NCBI GenBank assembly: GCA_964620805.1
Contig: CAZUJQ010000001.1
Span: 7,618 to 71,617 of the forward strand
Direction of reading: 5' to 3'
Length of the DNA stretch: 64,000 bases
DNA from: an uncultured Planctomycetales bacterium
Lineage (GTDB): Bacteria; Omnitrophota; Gorgyraeia; Zapsychrales; JAHFFX01
Below, one piece after another: positions 9,492-18,773 of the stretch (position 1 is the stretch's first letter; every line of letters begins with the position of its first letter). The position numbers and the translations under genes were made by a program. The notes under the pieces were generated by a model, which worked only from the letters and a program-made list of their open reading frames with translations, did no database searches and was not told the DNA's origin.

Positions 9492-10454
9492 ATGTTTTCA
9501 CTACAGTTTAGGATGGGACTGTTATTGGCGGCGCTTTTTGGCATCATTTATGCCGTGGTGGTTGTGATCGGGACAACCATGGGAGTAGAGAATTTCTACT
9601 TCTATTTAGTCATCTCATTCGTTTTCATGGTCATCCAATACATGATCGGGCCAAAAATCGTGGAATGGACCATGGGCGTGCGCTACTTAAAAAGGGAGGA
9701 AGACCCTGGCTTATACCAGATGATCAGCGATTTGGCGCAAAGGGCCCACATCCCTATGCCCAAAATCGGAGTGGCTAATATTGCGGTGCCCAATGCCTTT
9801 GCCTTTGGCCACTCCTTAAGAGATGGCCGGGTCTGTGTCACTCAGGGGATTCTGCGGCTCTTGAGTCCCGAAGAATTAAAAGCGGTCTTGGGCCATGAGC
9901 TGACCCATATCAAAAATCGGGATGTCTTGACAATCACACTTTTGTCGGTCATTCCGATGATCATGTATCGGCTGGCCTGGCATTTCATGTTTTATGGCGG
10001 CAGGAGAGACAGCCGCAACAACACTACCGCTCTCGTGGGGCTAGCGGCTTTCCTTTTTTACTTCATTACGAATCTTTTGGTTTTGTATGCCTCACGGATT
10101 AGGGAATATTTTGCGGACCGCGGATCGATAGAGTTGGGAAGCCGTCCCTCGGATTTGGCCTCGGCTTTGTATAAACTCGTCTATGGTTCGGCCCGGACGC
10201 CCAAAGCGGCCTTGAGAGAAGTGGAGGGCTTAAAGGCCTTTTTCGTGAATGATCCTTCCCGGGCCTTGATGGAGATCAGGGAATTGAGCCAACTAGATTT
10301 GGATCGAAGCGGCACCATCGATCCAACCGAAATCGCCCGAATGAGGACGCAGAATATTCATCTGGGTTTTAGCGACCGGCTGATGGAAGCCTTAAGCACG
10401 CACCCGAATATGCTAAAGCGCATTAAACATCTCTCCGAGTTGGAAGGCTCATGA
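9492..10454 (+). CDS. htpX: M48 family zinc metalloprotease, HtpX-like
   Basis: HELTHI zinc motif, multiple transmembrane segments, and an RBS gaagggagg upstream. Confidence 0.75.
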   Translation: MFSLQFRMGLLLAALFGIIYAVVVVIGTTMGVENFYFYLVISFVFMVIQYMIGPKIVEWTMGVRYLKREEDPGLYQMISDLAQRAHIPMPKIGVANIAVPNAFAFGHSLRDGRVCVTQGILRLLSPEELKAVLGHELTHIKNRDVLTITLLSVIPMIMYRLAWHFMFYGGRRDSRNNTTALVGLAAFLFYFITNLLVLYASRIREYFADRGSIELGSRPSDLASALYKLVYGSARTPKAALREVEGLKAFFVNDPSRALMEIRELSQLDLDRSGTIDPTEIARMRTQNIHLGFSDRLMEALSTHPNMLKRIKHLSELEGS

Positions 10455-10918
10455 GCGTCGTCACCCAGGAATTCTCCCTGACCAGAAATCAGTATTTTTC
10501 CCTCCTCATGCAGAATGTGCTGCGGCGGTGGTGGATCGTTTTTGTTCTCTTATTTTTATTCAGCGCTTTGGGCATTAAAGCGGGGGTGGGATCGGCGCTG
10601 CTTCTTTTTGTTTTCTTGAGTACCCTTTATCTTCTTTATCTGATCGGTCTCACCTGGATCCGATCCAATCCCAAAGCCCAGCCTTTGGTCTTTCAGCCCT
10701 GCCATTACGAGATCGATCACGAATTCATTGGAGTCTATCTTAAAGATGGGAGTTTCAGCAAGGTCAGGTTCAGTTGCATTAGAAAAATCGTCATCAGAAA
10801 GACGTATTACCTTTTATACACGTCACCCTCTCAGTTTTTCTATATCCCTTTTAACGCTGTGAGTAATCCCAGCGACTTGGAACGCCTGAAGGTGTTGCTC
10901 CAGGTCAAAGTGGGGTGA
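10451..10918 (+). CDS. hypothetical membrane protein (YcxB-like?)
   Basis: 155 aa with two predicted transmembrane segments. Its start overlaps the htpX stop. Confidence 0.4.
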   Translation: MSVVTQEFSLTRNQYFSLLMQNVLRRWWIVFVLLFLFSALGIKAGVGSALLLFVFLSTLYLLYLIGLTWIRSNPKAQPLVFQPCHYEIDHEFIGVYLKDGSFSKVRFSCIRKIVIRKTYYLLYTSPSQFFYIPFNAVSNPSDLERLKVLLQVKVG

Positions 10919-10921
10919 CCC

Positions 10922-11584
10922 GTGTTTCAAGAGCATTTTAAAAACCGCCTTTGGTCCATGGAGGATTTTTTTCGCTCCAAGGGAAGAACCATCCAGAAGC
11001 GCATGACGGTTGTCCGGTTGTCTGATCAAAGCCTTCTTCTGCACTCGCCGGTCGGTCTGACAAAACAGCTTCAAGGGCGGCTCGAGGTCTTGGGAGAGGT
11101 TCGACACGTCATCTCACCCAATACATTTTACTTTTCTTTTCTAAACGATTATTTAGCCGTTTATCCAGAGGCAAGATTTTATGCGCCGCCGGGGAGGGTT
11201 TTAAGCAATTGCGCGGTTTTAAAAGATGGGCCTGAGCCGGTGTGGGAGCAAGATTTGGATCAGGTGATTTTTTTAAGCCGGATCCTGAAAGAGGCGGTCT
11301 TTTTTCATAGGCTGAGTCAAACCCTGATCTTGACAGATTTATGCCGGAACATTCAAGAAGAGGCGCCTTTTCTGACCAAAACGCTTGCCAGGTTTACCGG
11401 ATCCTATCAGCGTTTTACGGATTACCCCTTTGTGCGATGGACGCTTTCAGACCGCCCAGCGGCCCGGGCTGCTCTTCAAAAAATCCTCAATTGGGATTTT
11501 GAACGGATCATTTTGGCTCAGGGAAGAATTGTGGAGGGGAAGGGGAAAGAAAATTTAAGACAGGCTTTTGCTTGGTTGGAATAA
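10922..11584 (+). CDS. hypothetical protein (possibly DUF4336-like)
   Basis: 220 aa ORF with a GTG start 4 bp after the previous stop. No motif I can name with certainty. Confidence 0.4.
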   Translation: MFQEHFKNRLWSMEDFFRSKGRTIQKRMTVVRLSDQSLLLHSPVGLTKQLQGRLEVLGEVRHVISPNTFYFSFLNDYLAVYPEARFYAPPGRVLSNCAVLKDGPEPVWEQDLDQVIFLSRILKEAVFFHRLSQTLILTDLCRNIQEEAPFLTKTLARFTGSYQRFTDYPFVRWTLSDRPAARAALQKILNWDFERIILAQGRIVEGKGKENLRQAFAWLE

Positions 11585-11604
11585 GATGAAATGCGGATAA
11601 CCTC

Positions 11605-12534
11605 ATGCTTCCCATCCTATTTTATGCTTCCATGATTTTCACTGTGGCTGGTTTTTTCTCCACCGAGGGTTGGTGGATGGACTTAAGCAGCCATTTTCGG
11701 GTTCAATATTTTTTTGTCCAACTGGTTTGTTTGATTTTCTTTATGCTTGGCCGCAAGTGGAGTTTTGTGACGTTGGCTGCCTTTTTCGCGCTCTTAAACG
11801 CCAAAGAGATTTACCCTTTGTATACCTCATGTGTGTTCCGGCAGCTTTCCTTGCAGCCTACTTTGGGAAAGATTGAAATCCTATTGATCAATGGCGATGT
11901 CCAAGAGAATGATTATAAAAATGTGTTCCAGTATATTTATGCGAACCCTCCTGATATCCTGGCGGTCAAAGAACTCAATCAGGAGGGTTTGATCGGATTA
12001 TCTTCGGTCCTCAATCAGTATGGGTATCGATATTTTGTCGACCGGGAAGACGGTTTTGGTTTAGGCGTTTTCAGCAACCTGCCTCTGGAAGATGCGGTGA
12101 TTCGCTCTTATGGGCGGAGCCGAGTGCCCGGCCTTGTTGCCCAGTTTTCTACAGGAATGGAGAGCTTTACCTTGGTTTTGATCCATCTTTGGCCGCCGGT
12201 AACCCGGGAACTGTTCCATTGGCGTAACGAACAACTGGACCAAATTGCGTTGCACAAGGATGATTTCCCCAAAAATCTTATTATGCTGGGCGATTTTAAC
12301 ATGACGTCCTGGACAGAGTATTTTCCAAATTTTCTGCAGAAGATGAATCTGGTTGACTCTCGCTTGGGTTTCGGGATTCAGCCGACTTGGCCCTCGGCCG
12401 TTGCGACTTTAGGGATACCGATTGACCATTGTCTGGTCAGCCAGAATTTTAGGGTGTTGGAGCGCCGGATCGGTCCGCATCTGGGCTCTGATCATCGCCC
12501 GGTCTTTTTAAAATTAGAGCTTATGCAGGAGTAA
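11605..12534 (+). CDS. endonuclease/exonuclease/phosphatase (EEP) family membrane protein
   Basis: N-terminal transmembrane segments, then MLGDFNMT, IDHCLVS and GSDHRPV motifs typical of EEP phosphodiesterases. Confidence 0.65.
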   Translation: MLPILFYASMIFTVAGFFSTEGWWMDLSSHFRVQYFFVQLVCLIFFMLGRKWSFVTLAAFFALLNAKEIYPLYTSCVFRQLSLQPTLGKIEILLINGDVQENDYKNVFQYIYANPPDILAVKELNQEGLIGLSSVLNQYGYRYFVDREDGFGLGVFSNLPLEDAVIRSYGRSRVPGLVAQFSTGMESFTLVLIHLWPPVTRELFHWRNEQLDQIALHKDDFPKNLIMLGDFNMTSWTEYFPNFLQKMNLVDSRLGFGIQPTWPSAVATLGIPIDHCLVSQNFRVLERRIGPHLGSDHRPVFLKLELMQE

Positions 12535-12548
12535 AAGAAAATTGAAAG

Positions 12549-13145
12549 ATGAGTCTTTCAAAAAAGAGCTTTCTCTTTCTTGTTATAGTTTTCCTAGGAT
12601 GTGAAAGACAATCGGCCAAGCGGATATACGAAGAAGTCGTAATCCAAGAGGAGTCTCCAGCGCCGATCAGGGCTTTTGAAACTAGCAACGATCCTCATGG
12701 TCAACCGTCCCTGGCCTGGAGTGTCCCGGAGGGCTGGATCGAAAAACCCGGCAGCGGAATGCGGCTGGCGAGTTTCGCCAATCCCAAAAATAAGACGATC
12801 GATGTCTCGATTGTTTCTTTGAGCGGCTCGGCCGGCGGCCTTATGGCCAACGTCAATCGCTGGATGGAACAGCTCGGTGGAAGCGCGTTTCATGAAACAG
12901 GGTTCCAGGAATTTCTCCAGAAGCAAAAGAGCCTGACAACTCAAGGGAAGTTACCCTGCCTTTTGATCGATTTTACCAGCTTGCAATCCAAAGACGATCC
13001 TTCCGCTTTAAGCATGCTGGCCGGGGTCGTAGAATTGCCAACCCAGACGATCTTCCTTAAAATGACCGGGGCCTTGCCAGAGATTAATCAGAATCGAGAA
13101 GCCTTGGAAGCCTTATGTCAATCGTTAAAATTCTCTCTTCCTTAA
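12549..13145 (+). CDS. hypothetical lipoprotein
   Basis: Lipobox LGC at the end of the signal peptide. No other motif. Confidence 0.45.
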   Translation: MSLSKKSFLFLVIVFLGCERQSAKRIYEEVVIQEESPAPIRAFETSNDPHGQPSLAWSVPEGWIEKPGSGMRLASFANPKNKTIDVSIVSLSGSAGGLMANVNRWMEQLGGSAFHETGFQEFLQKQKSLTTQGKLPCLLIDFTSLQSKDDPSALSMLAGVVELPTQTIFLKMTGALPEINQNREALEALCQSLKFSLP

Positions 13146-14254
13146 AGATCACGTTGGGATGCCTGATTCTCCTTTTTATTCTAACCTTTTGGGGGACCAT
13201 AGATCAGGTGCAAAACGGGCTCTACCATGCGCAAGAGAGATTTTTTCACTCTTTTTATTTTCTTGTGTTTGGGTTTTTGCCCTTCCCCGGGGCCCAACTG
13301 GTTTTGTGGATCTTGTTTGTTAATCTGGTTTGCGCGGCTTTTGGCCGATTCGAATACCAGTTTTCCAAGCTGGGGATTTTCATTCTCCATATAGGGGTGA
13401 TCTTATGGTGTGTATCCGCCTTTGTCACCCTGCACGGGGTGGAAGAATCCCATCTGACTTTGCGGGAAAAAGAAGGGGCCAATGTCTCCCAGTCGTACCG
13501 GGACTGGGAGTTGTCGATCTGGAGAGAGGAGCCCGGCAGAAGAATCGTGACAGCCTATGATGCGAAACCCTTCAAAGGTGGTCAAGTTTTGGATTTTAGT
13601 GAGTTTGGCTTTGATGTCCTGGTCAAAACCTATTATCCGAATGCTGAAGCCTACGCGGGTCCTCCTTCTGGTCCCCCAGAAGTCTTCAACCCTTCCGGAA
13701 TTCAAGCACTTGAGCCCCTCACGTCTTCTCTGGAGCCAGAAAAAAATGTTCCTGGCGGGATTTTTGTTTTAAAGCAAGAGAGCTCTGGAGCGATTCCGCC
13801 GCTTCTTTTGTACGGAGCCGAAAACAACGATGCCGTGATTCCCGTGGGCAAGGAGGTCTATCATTTTAGGCTTCGCCATAAAAAATATCCTCTGCCTCTG
13901 GGCGTTCGGTTGATCGATTTTGTTAAGGAAGATCATCCCAATACCGAGATCGCCCGCAGTTACAAAAGCAAAGTGGAGCTCCGATCAGAAGGGGGGCTTT
14001 CGCGGGGGGTGGAGATTTCCATGAACCAACCCCTTCGCTACAAGAATTTTACCTTTTATCAGGCCTCTTACGCGGTTGACGCCAGGGGCCGGGAGATTTC
14101 CACCTTTGCCGTGGTTAAGAATTCCGGACGGTGGTTGCCTTATCTGGCCGGCTTGGTGACCTTTGCCGGGTTGGTGACTCATTTTGTCATGATGGCTTTT
14201 CAGCGCGGTGTGCCTGGTAAAATCCTAGGTAAGAATTACTCTGATATCCGTTAA
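13115..14254 (+). CDS. cytochrome c biogenesis protein, ResB/Ccs1-like (system II)
   Basis: N-terminal transmembrane segments, a large periplasmic region and a C-terminal transmembrane segment. It lies immediately upstream of ccsA. At 379 aa it is shorter than typical ResB. Confidence 0.55.
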   Translation: MSIVKILSSLKITLGCLILLFILTFWGTIDQVQNGLYHAQERFFHSFYFLVFGFLPFPGAQLVLWILFVNLVCAAFGRFEYQFSKLGIFILHIGVILWCVSAFVTLHGVEESHLTLREKEGANVSQSYRDWELSIWREEPGRRIVTAYDAKPFKGGQVLDFSEFGFDVLVKTYYPNAEAYAGPPSGPPEVFNPSGIQALEPLTSSLEPEKNVPGGIFVLKQESSGAIPPLLLYGAENNDAVIPVGKEVYHFRLRHKKYPLPLGVRLIDFVKEDHPNTEIARSYKSKVELRSEGGLSRGVEISMNQPLRYKNFTFYQASYAVDARGREISTFAVVKNSGRWLPYLAGLVTFAGLVTHFVMMAFQRGVPGKILGKNYSDIR

Positions 14255-14270
14255 AATTAGGATAATAATC

Positions 14271-16286
14271 ATGTCTAAACATTGGTGGTTTTCTTTAATG
14301 GTGTTCTTGGCCTTAACTCAAGGGACCATTTCCTGTGCCGAGGAGCCTTCTTCGAATCTTTCAAGCGAAAAGACCCAGAAACCCGTTCTCATCTGTCCTT
14401 TGAGAAACATCCCACAGCCCAAAGGAATCGCGTCTCTGGATGCCTTTAAAAAGATCGCTATTCTGGAAGAAGGCCGTATTAAACCTCTGGACACGTATGC
14501 CCGGAATCTTCTGCTGCGGTTCTCTGGCCGTAAGAGCTTTCAGCACAAACCCGCCATCCGGTGGCTCGCGCGGCTCCTTTTTGCGCCGGATACGACCCGG
14601 GAGGACAAAATTTTTCTGATCAATAATCCCGAAATCCCCATGGCGTTGGGGATTGCCGCTGAGGAAAAAAGGCGTTATCGTTTTGCTCAATTGGAGGAGG
14701 CCTTCCCTAAAATCCACGAGCTCGCCTTGAAGGCCATCCAGATCGAGGAGAAATCCCGGGCACCGGTAGAGGAGGAGATCATCCGGGTGGAGGCCAACCT
14801 ACGGCTTTACGCCGAGCTTTCGCGGAGCATGGCCTTTACGTTCCCACATCCGGATTTTACCATTGAGGGTCTGCAGGTCCTTCGGCAATTGGGATTGCCC
14901 GAGCGCCAGAGTTCCTTTTCGTTTTTGGATATCGCCTCCCGGGCCGATCAAATCAGGAGGGCCCTGGAAGGCCTTGAATCCCAAAATCCAGAAAGCTGGA
15001 CACCTTCGCAGCGCGAAATCCTTGCCCTAGCCCAGCATCTGTACCAGTGGTCCGCCTCTTATCGTGATTTACCGCTGGCGATTCTTCCTTCGGGGGATCC
15101 CCAGGATGAGCGCTGGGTCAGCCCCTGGGACGCGGCGCGATCTTGGTTTTCGCGTCCGGCGGTTTATCAGGAGATCATCTTACTGCGCGATTTAAGGGTA
15201 TTGTACTGGAGGGGGGAACAACTGGAGTTTGATATAGCCGCCAGGGCATTTTCTGATTCTGTTGATCAGCGGGCTCCCCCAGAGGTCAGGGAAAATCCCA
15301 AACGGATTCCCTTAGAAATTTTCTACAATCGGGCCGAGCTATTATCCTATGCCCAAGGGTTGTATGGTCTGGCCTTTCTGATTTTTCTTTTGAGCTTGAG
15401 AATGGGAAAGACAAGGGGGACGTTTTATCGTCTGGCGTTTGTGTTATTGGGCGCGGGATGGATGAGTCATCTTGCGGCTTTGATCATGCGGGCAACGATT
15501 CTGCACCGCCCGCCCGTAACCAATCTTTATGAGACATTTATTTTCGTGGGATTTGTCGGCGGGGTGTTGGGCATGATTGTGGAATGGATTCACAAAGAGG
15601 GCCTGGGCATCGTGGTTGCGGGGATCTCGGGTTTTCTCTTCCTGGCCATCGCCCAGAAATTCGGTTCCGAGGGCGACACGATGCGGATGCTGGTCGCGGT
15701 CTTGAATTCCAACTTCTGGCTGGGCACGCACGTTTTGAGCATTACGACGGGTTACGCGGGGGTCTGTGTGGCGGGAATTCTGGGGCATGTGTATATTCTG
15801 CAGGGGTTGAGGAGAAATGGGGTCACACCCCATTTCGATCAGCAGGCGGGAAGTAAAATGGGGTGTGACCCCATTATGGAAAAAATCTACCGAACCCTTC
15901 TTGGTGTTTTGGGGTTTGGGTTCACCATGACGGTCTTGGGAACAACCCTCGGTGGGATTTGGGCGGATCAATCCTGGGGCCGTTTTTGGGGCTGGGATCC
16001 CAAAGAAAACGGCGCCTTGCTCATTATCTTATGGTGCGCGATTGTTTTTCACGCCAAGATCGGGGGGTTCATCGGGCCTTTGGGGATGGCCGCCTTCAGT
16101 GCCTTGGGGATCATTGTGGTCATGTGGGCGTGGTTTGGGGTGAATCTCTTAAGCGTGGGTTTGCATTCGTACGGTTTTACCACCGGGGCCATGGTGGGGC
16201 TGGTGGCTTATGTCATCGGCCAGTTGATGTTCTTGGGAGTCACAGTGCCGATGGTGAGGAAAAGGAATAAGCCGATTGGGGTCTAA
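14271..16286 (+). CDS. ccsA: cytochrome c-type biogenesis protein CcsA with N-terminal periplasmic extension
   Basis: Trp-rich WGRFWGWDPKENG (WWD) haem-handling motif in the C-terminal membrane domain. Signal peptide present. 671 aa. Confidence 0.8.
   Translation: MSKHWWFSLMVFLALTQGTISCAEEPSSNLSSEKTQKPVLICPLRNIPQPKGIASLDAFKKIAILEEGRIKPLDTYARNLLLRFSGRKSFQHKPAIRWLARLLFAPDTTREDKIFLINNPEIPMALGIAAEEKRRYRFAQLEEAFPKIHELALKAIQIEEKSRAPVEEEIIRVEANLRLYAELSRSMAFTFPHPDFTIEGLQVLRQLGLPERQSSFSFLDIASRADQIRRALEGLESQNPESWTPSQREILALAQHLYQWSASYRDLPLAILPSGDPQDERWVSPWDAARSWFSRPAVYQEIILLRDLRVLYWRGEQLEFDIAARAFSDSVDQRAPPEVRENPKRIPLEIFYNRAELLSYAQGLYGLAFLIFLLSLRMGKTRGTFYRLAFVLLGAGWMSHLAALIMRATILHRPPVTNLYETFIFVGFVGGVLGMIVEWIHKEGLGIVVAGISGFLFLAIAQKFGSEGDTMRMLVAVLNSNFWLGTHVLSITTGYAGVCVAGILGHVYILQGLRRNGVTPHFDQQAGSKMGCDPIMEKIYRTLLGVLGFGFTMTVLGTTLGGIWADQSWGRFWGWDPKENGALLIILWCAIVFHAKIGGFIGPLGMAAFSALGIIVVMWAWFGVNLLSVGLHSYGFTTGAMVGLVAYVIGQLMFLGVTVPMVRKRNKPIGV
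15815..15876. repeat. Family D inverted pair AAATGGGGTCACACCCCATTT ... AAAATGGGGTGTGACCCCATT (copy D1, 25-bp spacer) inside the ccsA reading frame
   Basis: Read directly from the sequence. The ccsA frame is maintained through the element, which encodes ..NGVTPHFDQQAGSKMGCDPI.. Confidence 0.7.
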
Positions 16287-16308
16287 CCAAGAAGCTAGAG
16301 GCTTGATG

Positions 16309-16473
16309 CTAATACAAACGTGTTAAATAAAGTGACATTCTATACGAACCGTGTCATTGCGAGGAGGTTTAAATTTTACGCCTTGCCGACGAAGCAATCC
16401 TTTAAAAGATTGCTTCGCTCCACTTCGTTGTGCTCGCAATGACACAGGATTTAATGCGTTTGTATTAGAAGCT
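16309..16473. repeat. Family B element (copy B2) with outer inverted repeats ctaatacaaacg / cgtttgtattag
   Basis: Same core as B1. It shares its outer arms with copy B4. Confidence 0.75.
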
Positions 16474-16499
16474 GGATTAATGGAGCTCTGTATTGAAAA

Positions 16500-17699
16500 A
16501 TGATAACTGTCCAAGAAGCTGAAAAAATCATTAGGAGAAATCTGCCTCTATTTCCGTCAGCGCTTCTTCCCTTGGATAAAGCGTGCGGGAATGTCCTGCG
16601 AGAGGATATTTTCGCGGATCGCGATCAGCCGGCCTCCCATAAAGTGCTCATGGACGGGATTGCGATTCGCTATTCTTCCTGGGAGAAAGGAGCTCGCCGT
16701 TTTAAGATTGAGGCCACGCAAGCCGCGGGACAAAAAACCGTATCCTTAAATGATCCGAAAGGGTGTATCGAAGTCATGACCGGCGCGGTTCTGCCCGAAG
16801 GCACGGGCTGTGTGATTCCGGTGGAGCATGTGACCCTTGAGGGCAATCAGGCCGTCATCCCTGAGGGGATCAAGCTGACTTGCCTGCAGAACATTCTGCC
16901 TCGAGCTTCCGATTACAAAAAAGGAGAGAGGCTGCTTAAAGCCGGGATACGTCTTTTTTCTTGTCAGATTGCGGTCCTCGCTGCGGTCGGCAAGGCCAAA
17001 GTGAGGATAAGCTACAAACCCCAAATTGCGATCATAGCCACGGGCAATGAGCTGGTGGACATTCATGTTGCGCCCAAAAGCTATGAAGTCCGTCTTTCCA
17101 ACTCTTACGCCCTCCGGGCAGCGCTGGAGGGCAACGGTTTTGATGAACCTGCGATGTTTCATATTCCCGATGATCAAATCCAGCTCAAGCGCCGCATCCG
17201 CCGGATCTTGGATCAATTTGATGTTTTGATTTTCAGCGGAGGCGTCTCCATGGGCAAATTCGATTTTGTGTCGGAGGTGCTGACCCAACTGGGTGTCGAG
17301 GTGCTCTTTCATCGGGTCCGGCAGAAACCCGGAAAGCCTTTTTGGTTTGGGATCTCCCGGAGAGGAAAGGCGGTTTTTGCCCTGCCCGGGAATCCTGCCT
17401 CTACCCAGGTTTGTTTTTACCGTTACGTATTGCCGCAATTGCAGCGTTCGATGGGAATGAGGCCGGAAAAAACGGAATGGGCGATGCTTAGCGAAGACTT
17501 TCAAAACAAAACGTCATTGACCTATTTCTTACCGGTCAAACTCAAGAGACAAACCGATGCGCATTTATTGGCCCAACCGGTTTCGGTTTCCGGGTCCGGC
17601 GATTATTTGGCATTGGCCAGAAGCGAGGGCTTTGTCGAATTGGAAGCTGAGCAAAGGCATTTTAAGAGGAAGGCAATTGTTCCGTTTTATCGGTGGTGA
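16500..17699 (+). CDS. moeA: molybdopterin molybdotransferase
   Basis: 399 aa. GGVSMGKFDFV motif and MoeA domain order. Confidence 0.85.
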   Translation: MITVQEAEKIIRRNLPLFPSALLPLDKACGNVLREDIFADRDQPASHKVLMDGIAIRYSSWEKGARRFKIEATQAAGQKTVSLNDPKGCIEVMTGAVLPEGTGCVIPVEHVTLEGNQAVIPEGIKLTCLQNILPRASDYKKGERLLKAGIRLFSCQIAVLAAVGKAKVRISYKPQIAIIATGNELVDIHVAPKSYEVRLSNSYALRAALEGNGFDEPAMFHIPDDQIQLKRRIRRILDQFDVLIFSGGVSMGKFDFVSEVLTQLGVEVLFHRVRQKPGKPFWFGISRRGKAVFALPGNPASTQVCFYRYVLPQLQRSMGMRPEKTEWAMLSEDFQNKTSLTYFLPVKLKRQTDAHLLAQPVSVSGSGDYLALARSEGFVELEAEQRHFKRKAIVPFYRW

Positions 17700-17703
17700 T
17701 GGG

Positions 17704-18375
17704 ATGAAGAGATCTATGAGTAGAAAAGAGGAGCGAAAGGGGCGCCCCCGCCGTTTTGCTTTGTACAACGAAGCGGCGGGGGCGCCCCTTTATGGACTGG
17801 TCCTGACCGGCGGCAAGAGCACCCGCATGCATAAAGACAAATCCCTTCTCAATTATCATGGAAAATCCCAGGTTGCCTTCTGTTATGACCTTCTGGGAGG
17901 TCTTTGTGAGAGGGTCTTTATCTCCAACCGTCAGGATCAAGCCCATTGGCCCGGACACAAGGCCCTGCCGCAAATCCACGATCGCCCAAAGTATCAGAAT
18001 ATCGGGCCGCTGGCTGGAATTCTATCCGCCATGGACAAGTATCCGAATGTCGCCTGGTTGGTTTTGGCCTGCGATTTGCCGTACGTGAAGCCAAAAACCC
18101 TGGAGGTCCTCCTTAAAAAAAGAAACCCGTTAAAGATAGCAACCGCCTATCTCAGCAGCCATGACGGCCTTCCTGAACCCTTGTGTGCGATTTATGAACC
18201 CCGTGGCCATGCGAAGATATTGGATTTTCTTCAAACAGGGATCGTTTGTCCCCGTCAGATCTTGATCCGTTCGGATATCGAGCTTTTGGATCCCCAAGAT
18301 AAAACCGCTTTGGACAATATTAATGATCCCGAAGAGTATAAGGCGGCCTTAAAGAAGGTGCAGCATGGCGGATAA
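17704..18375 (+). CDS. mobA: molybdenum cofactor guanylyltransferase
   Basis: LVLTGGKSTRM and LACDLPYV motifs. The listed ORF start at 17557 overlaps moeA in another frame and is likely an artefact. ATG 17704 is preferred. Confidence 0.7.
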   Translation: MKRSMSRKEERKGRPRRFALYNEAAGAPLYGLVLTGGKSTRMHKDKSLLNYHGKSQVAFCYDLLGGLCERVFISNRQDQAHWPGHKALPQIHDRPKYQNIGPLAGILSAMDKYPNVAWLVLACDLPYVKPKTLEVLLKKRNPLKIATAYLSSHDGLPEPLCAIYEPRGHAKILDFLQTGIVCPRQILIRSDIELLDPQDKTALDNINDPEEYKAALKKVQHGG

Positions 18376-18613
18376 AACGGTTCGTCTGCAGTATTACGCT
18401 CAGCTTCGAGAAGAACGCGGCCTCTCGCAGGAGACCGTCGCAACGCAAGTCTCCACAGTCCGGGAGTTGTATGCTAAGCTCAAGGAGAAACATCGTTTTA
18501 GTCTTCCCGCACATCGCCTGCGGGTGGCGGTGAACGATGAATTTGTCTCATGGGAGACACCGATCAAATCTCAGGATACCATTACTTTTATCCCACCGGT
18601 GGCGGGAGGGTAA
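18365..18613 (+). CDS. moaD: MoaD/ThiS-family sulfur carrier protein
   Basis: 82 aa ending in GG. Located within the Moco gene cluster. Confidence 0.65.
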   Translation: MADKTVRLQYYAQLREERGLSQETVATQVSTVRELYAKLKEKHRFSLPAHRLRVAVNDEFVSWETPIKSQDTITFIPPVAGG

Positions 18614-18620
18614 GATATTC

Positions 18621-18740
18621 GTAGATCGGTTGTCGGTTGCGCGGCTGGAAACGTTAAACGTCCATCGGTATTCGTTTTTAAAATACGCACAACGACAACC
18701 GAATGACGTTTCGAGCCGCGCAACCGTTCAACGTTTGACC
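18621..18740. repeat. large imperfect palindrome built of cggttg/caaccg and aaacg/cgttt units
   Basis: The left arm cggttgtcggttgcgcggctggaaacg is approximately the reverse complement of the right arm cgtttcgagccgcgcaaccgttcaacg. It lies between moaD and the SPFH gene. Confidence 0.5.
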
Positions 18741-18773
18741 TAAAACGGTATAAATTTAGAAAGGAGCGGAATC

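Noticed and set aside
16746-17504. 252-aa - strand ORF opposite moeA
   Set aside because: Antisense shadow of a clear MoeA gene.
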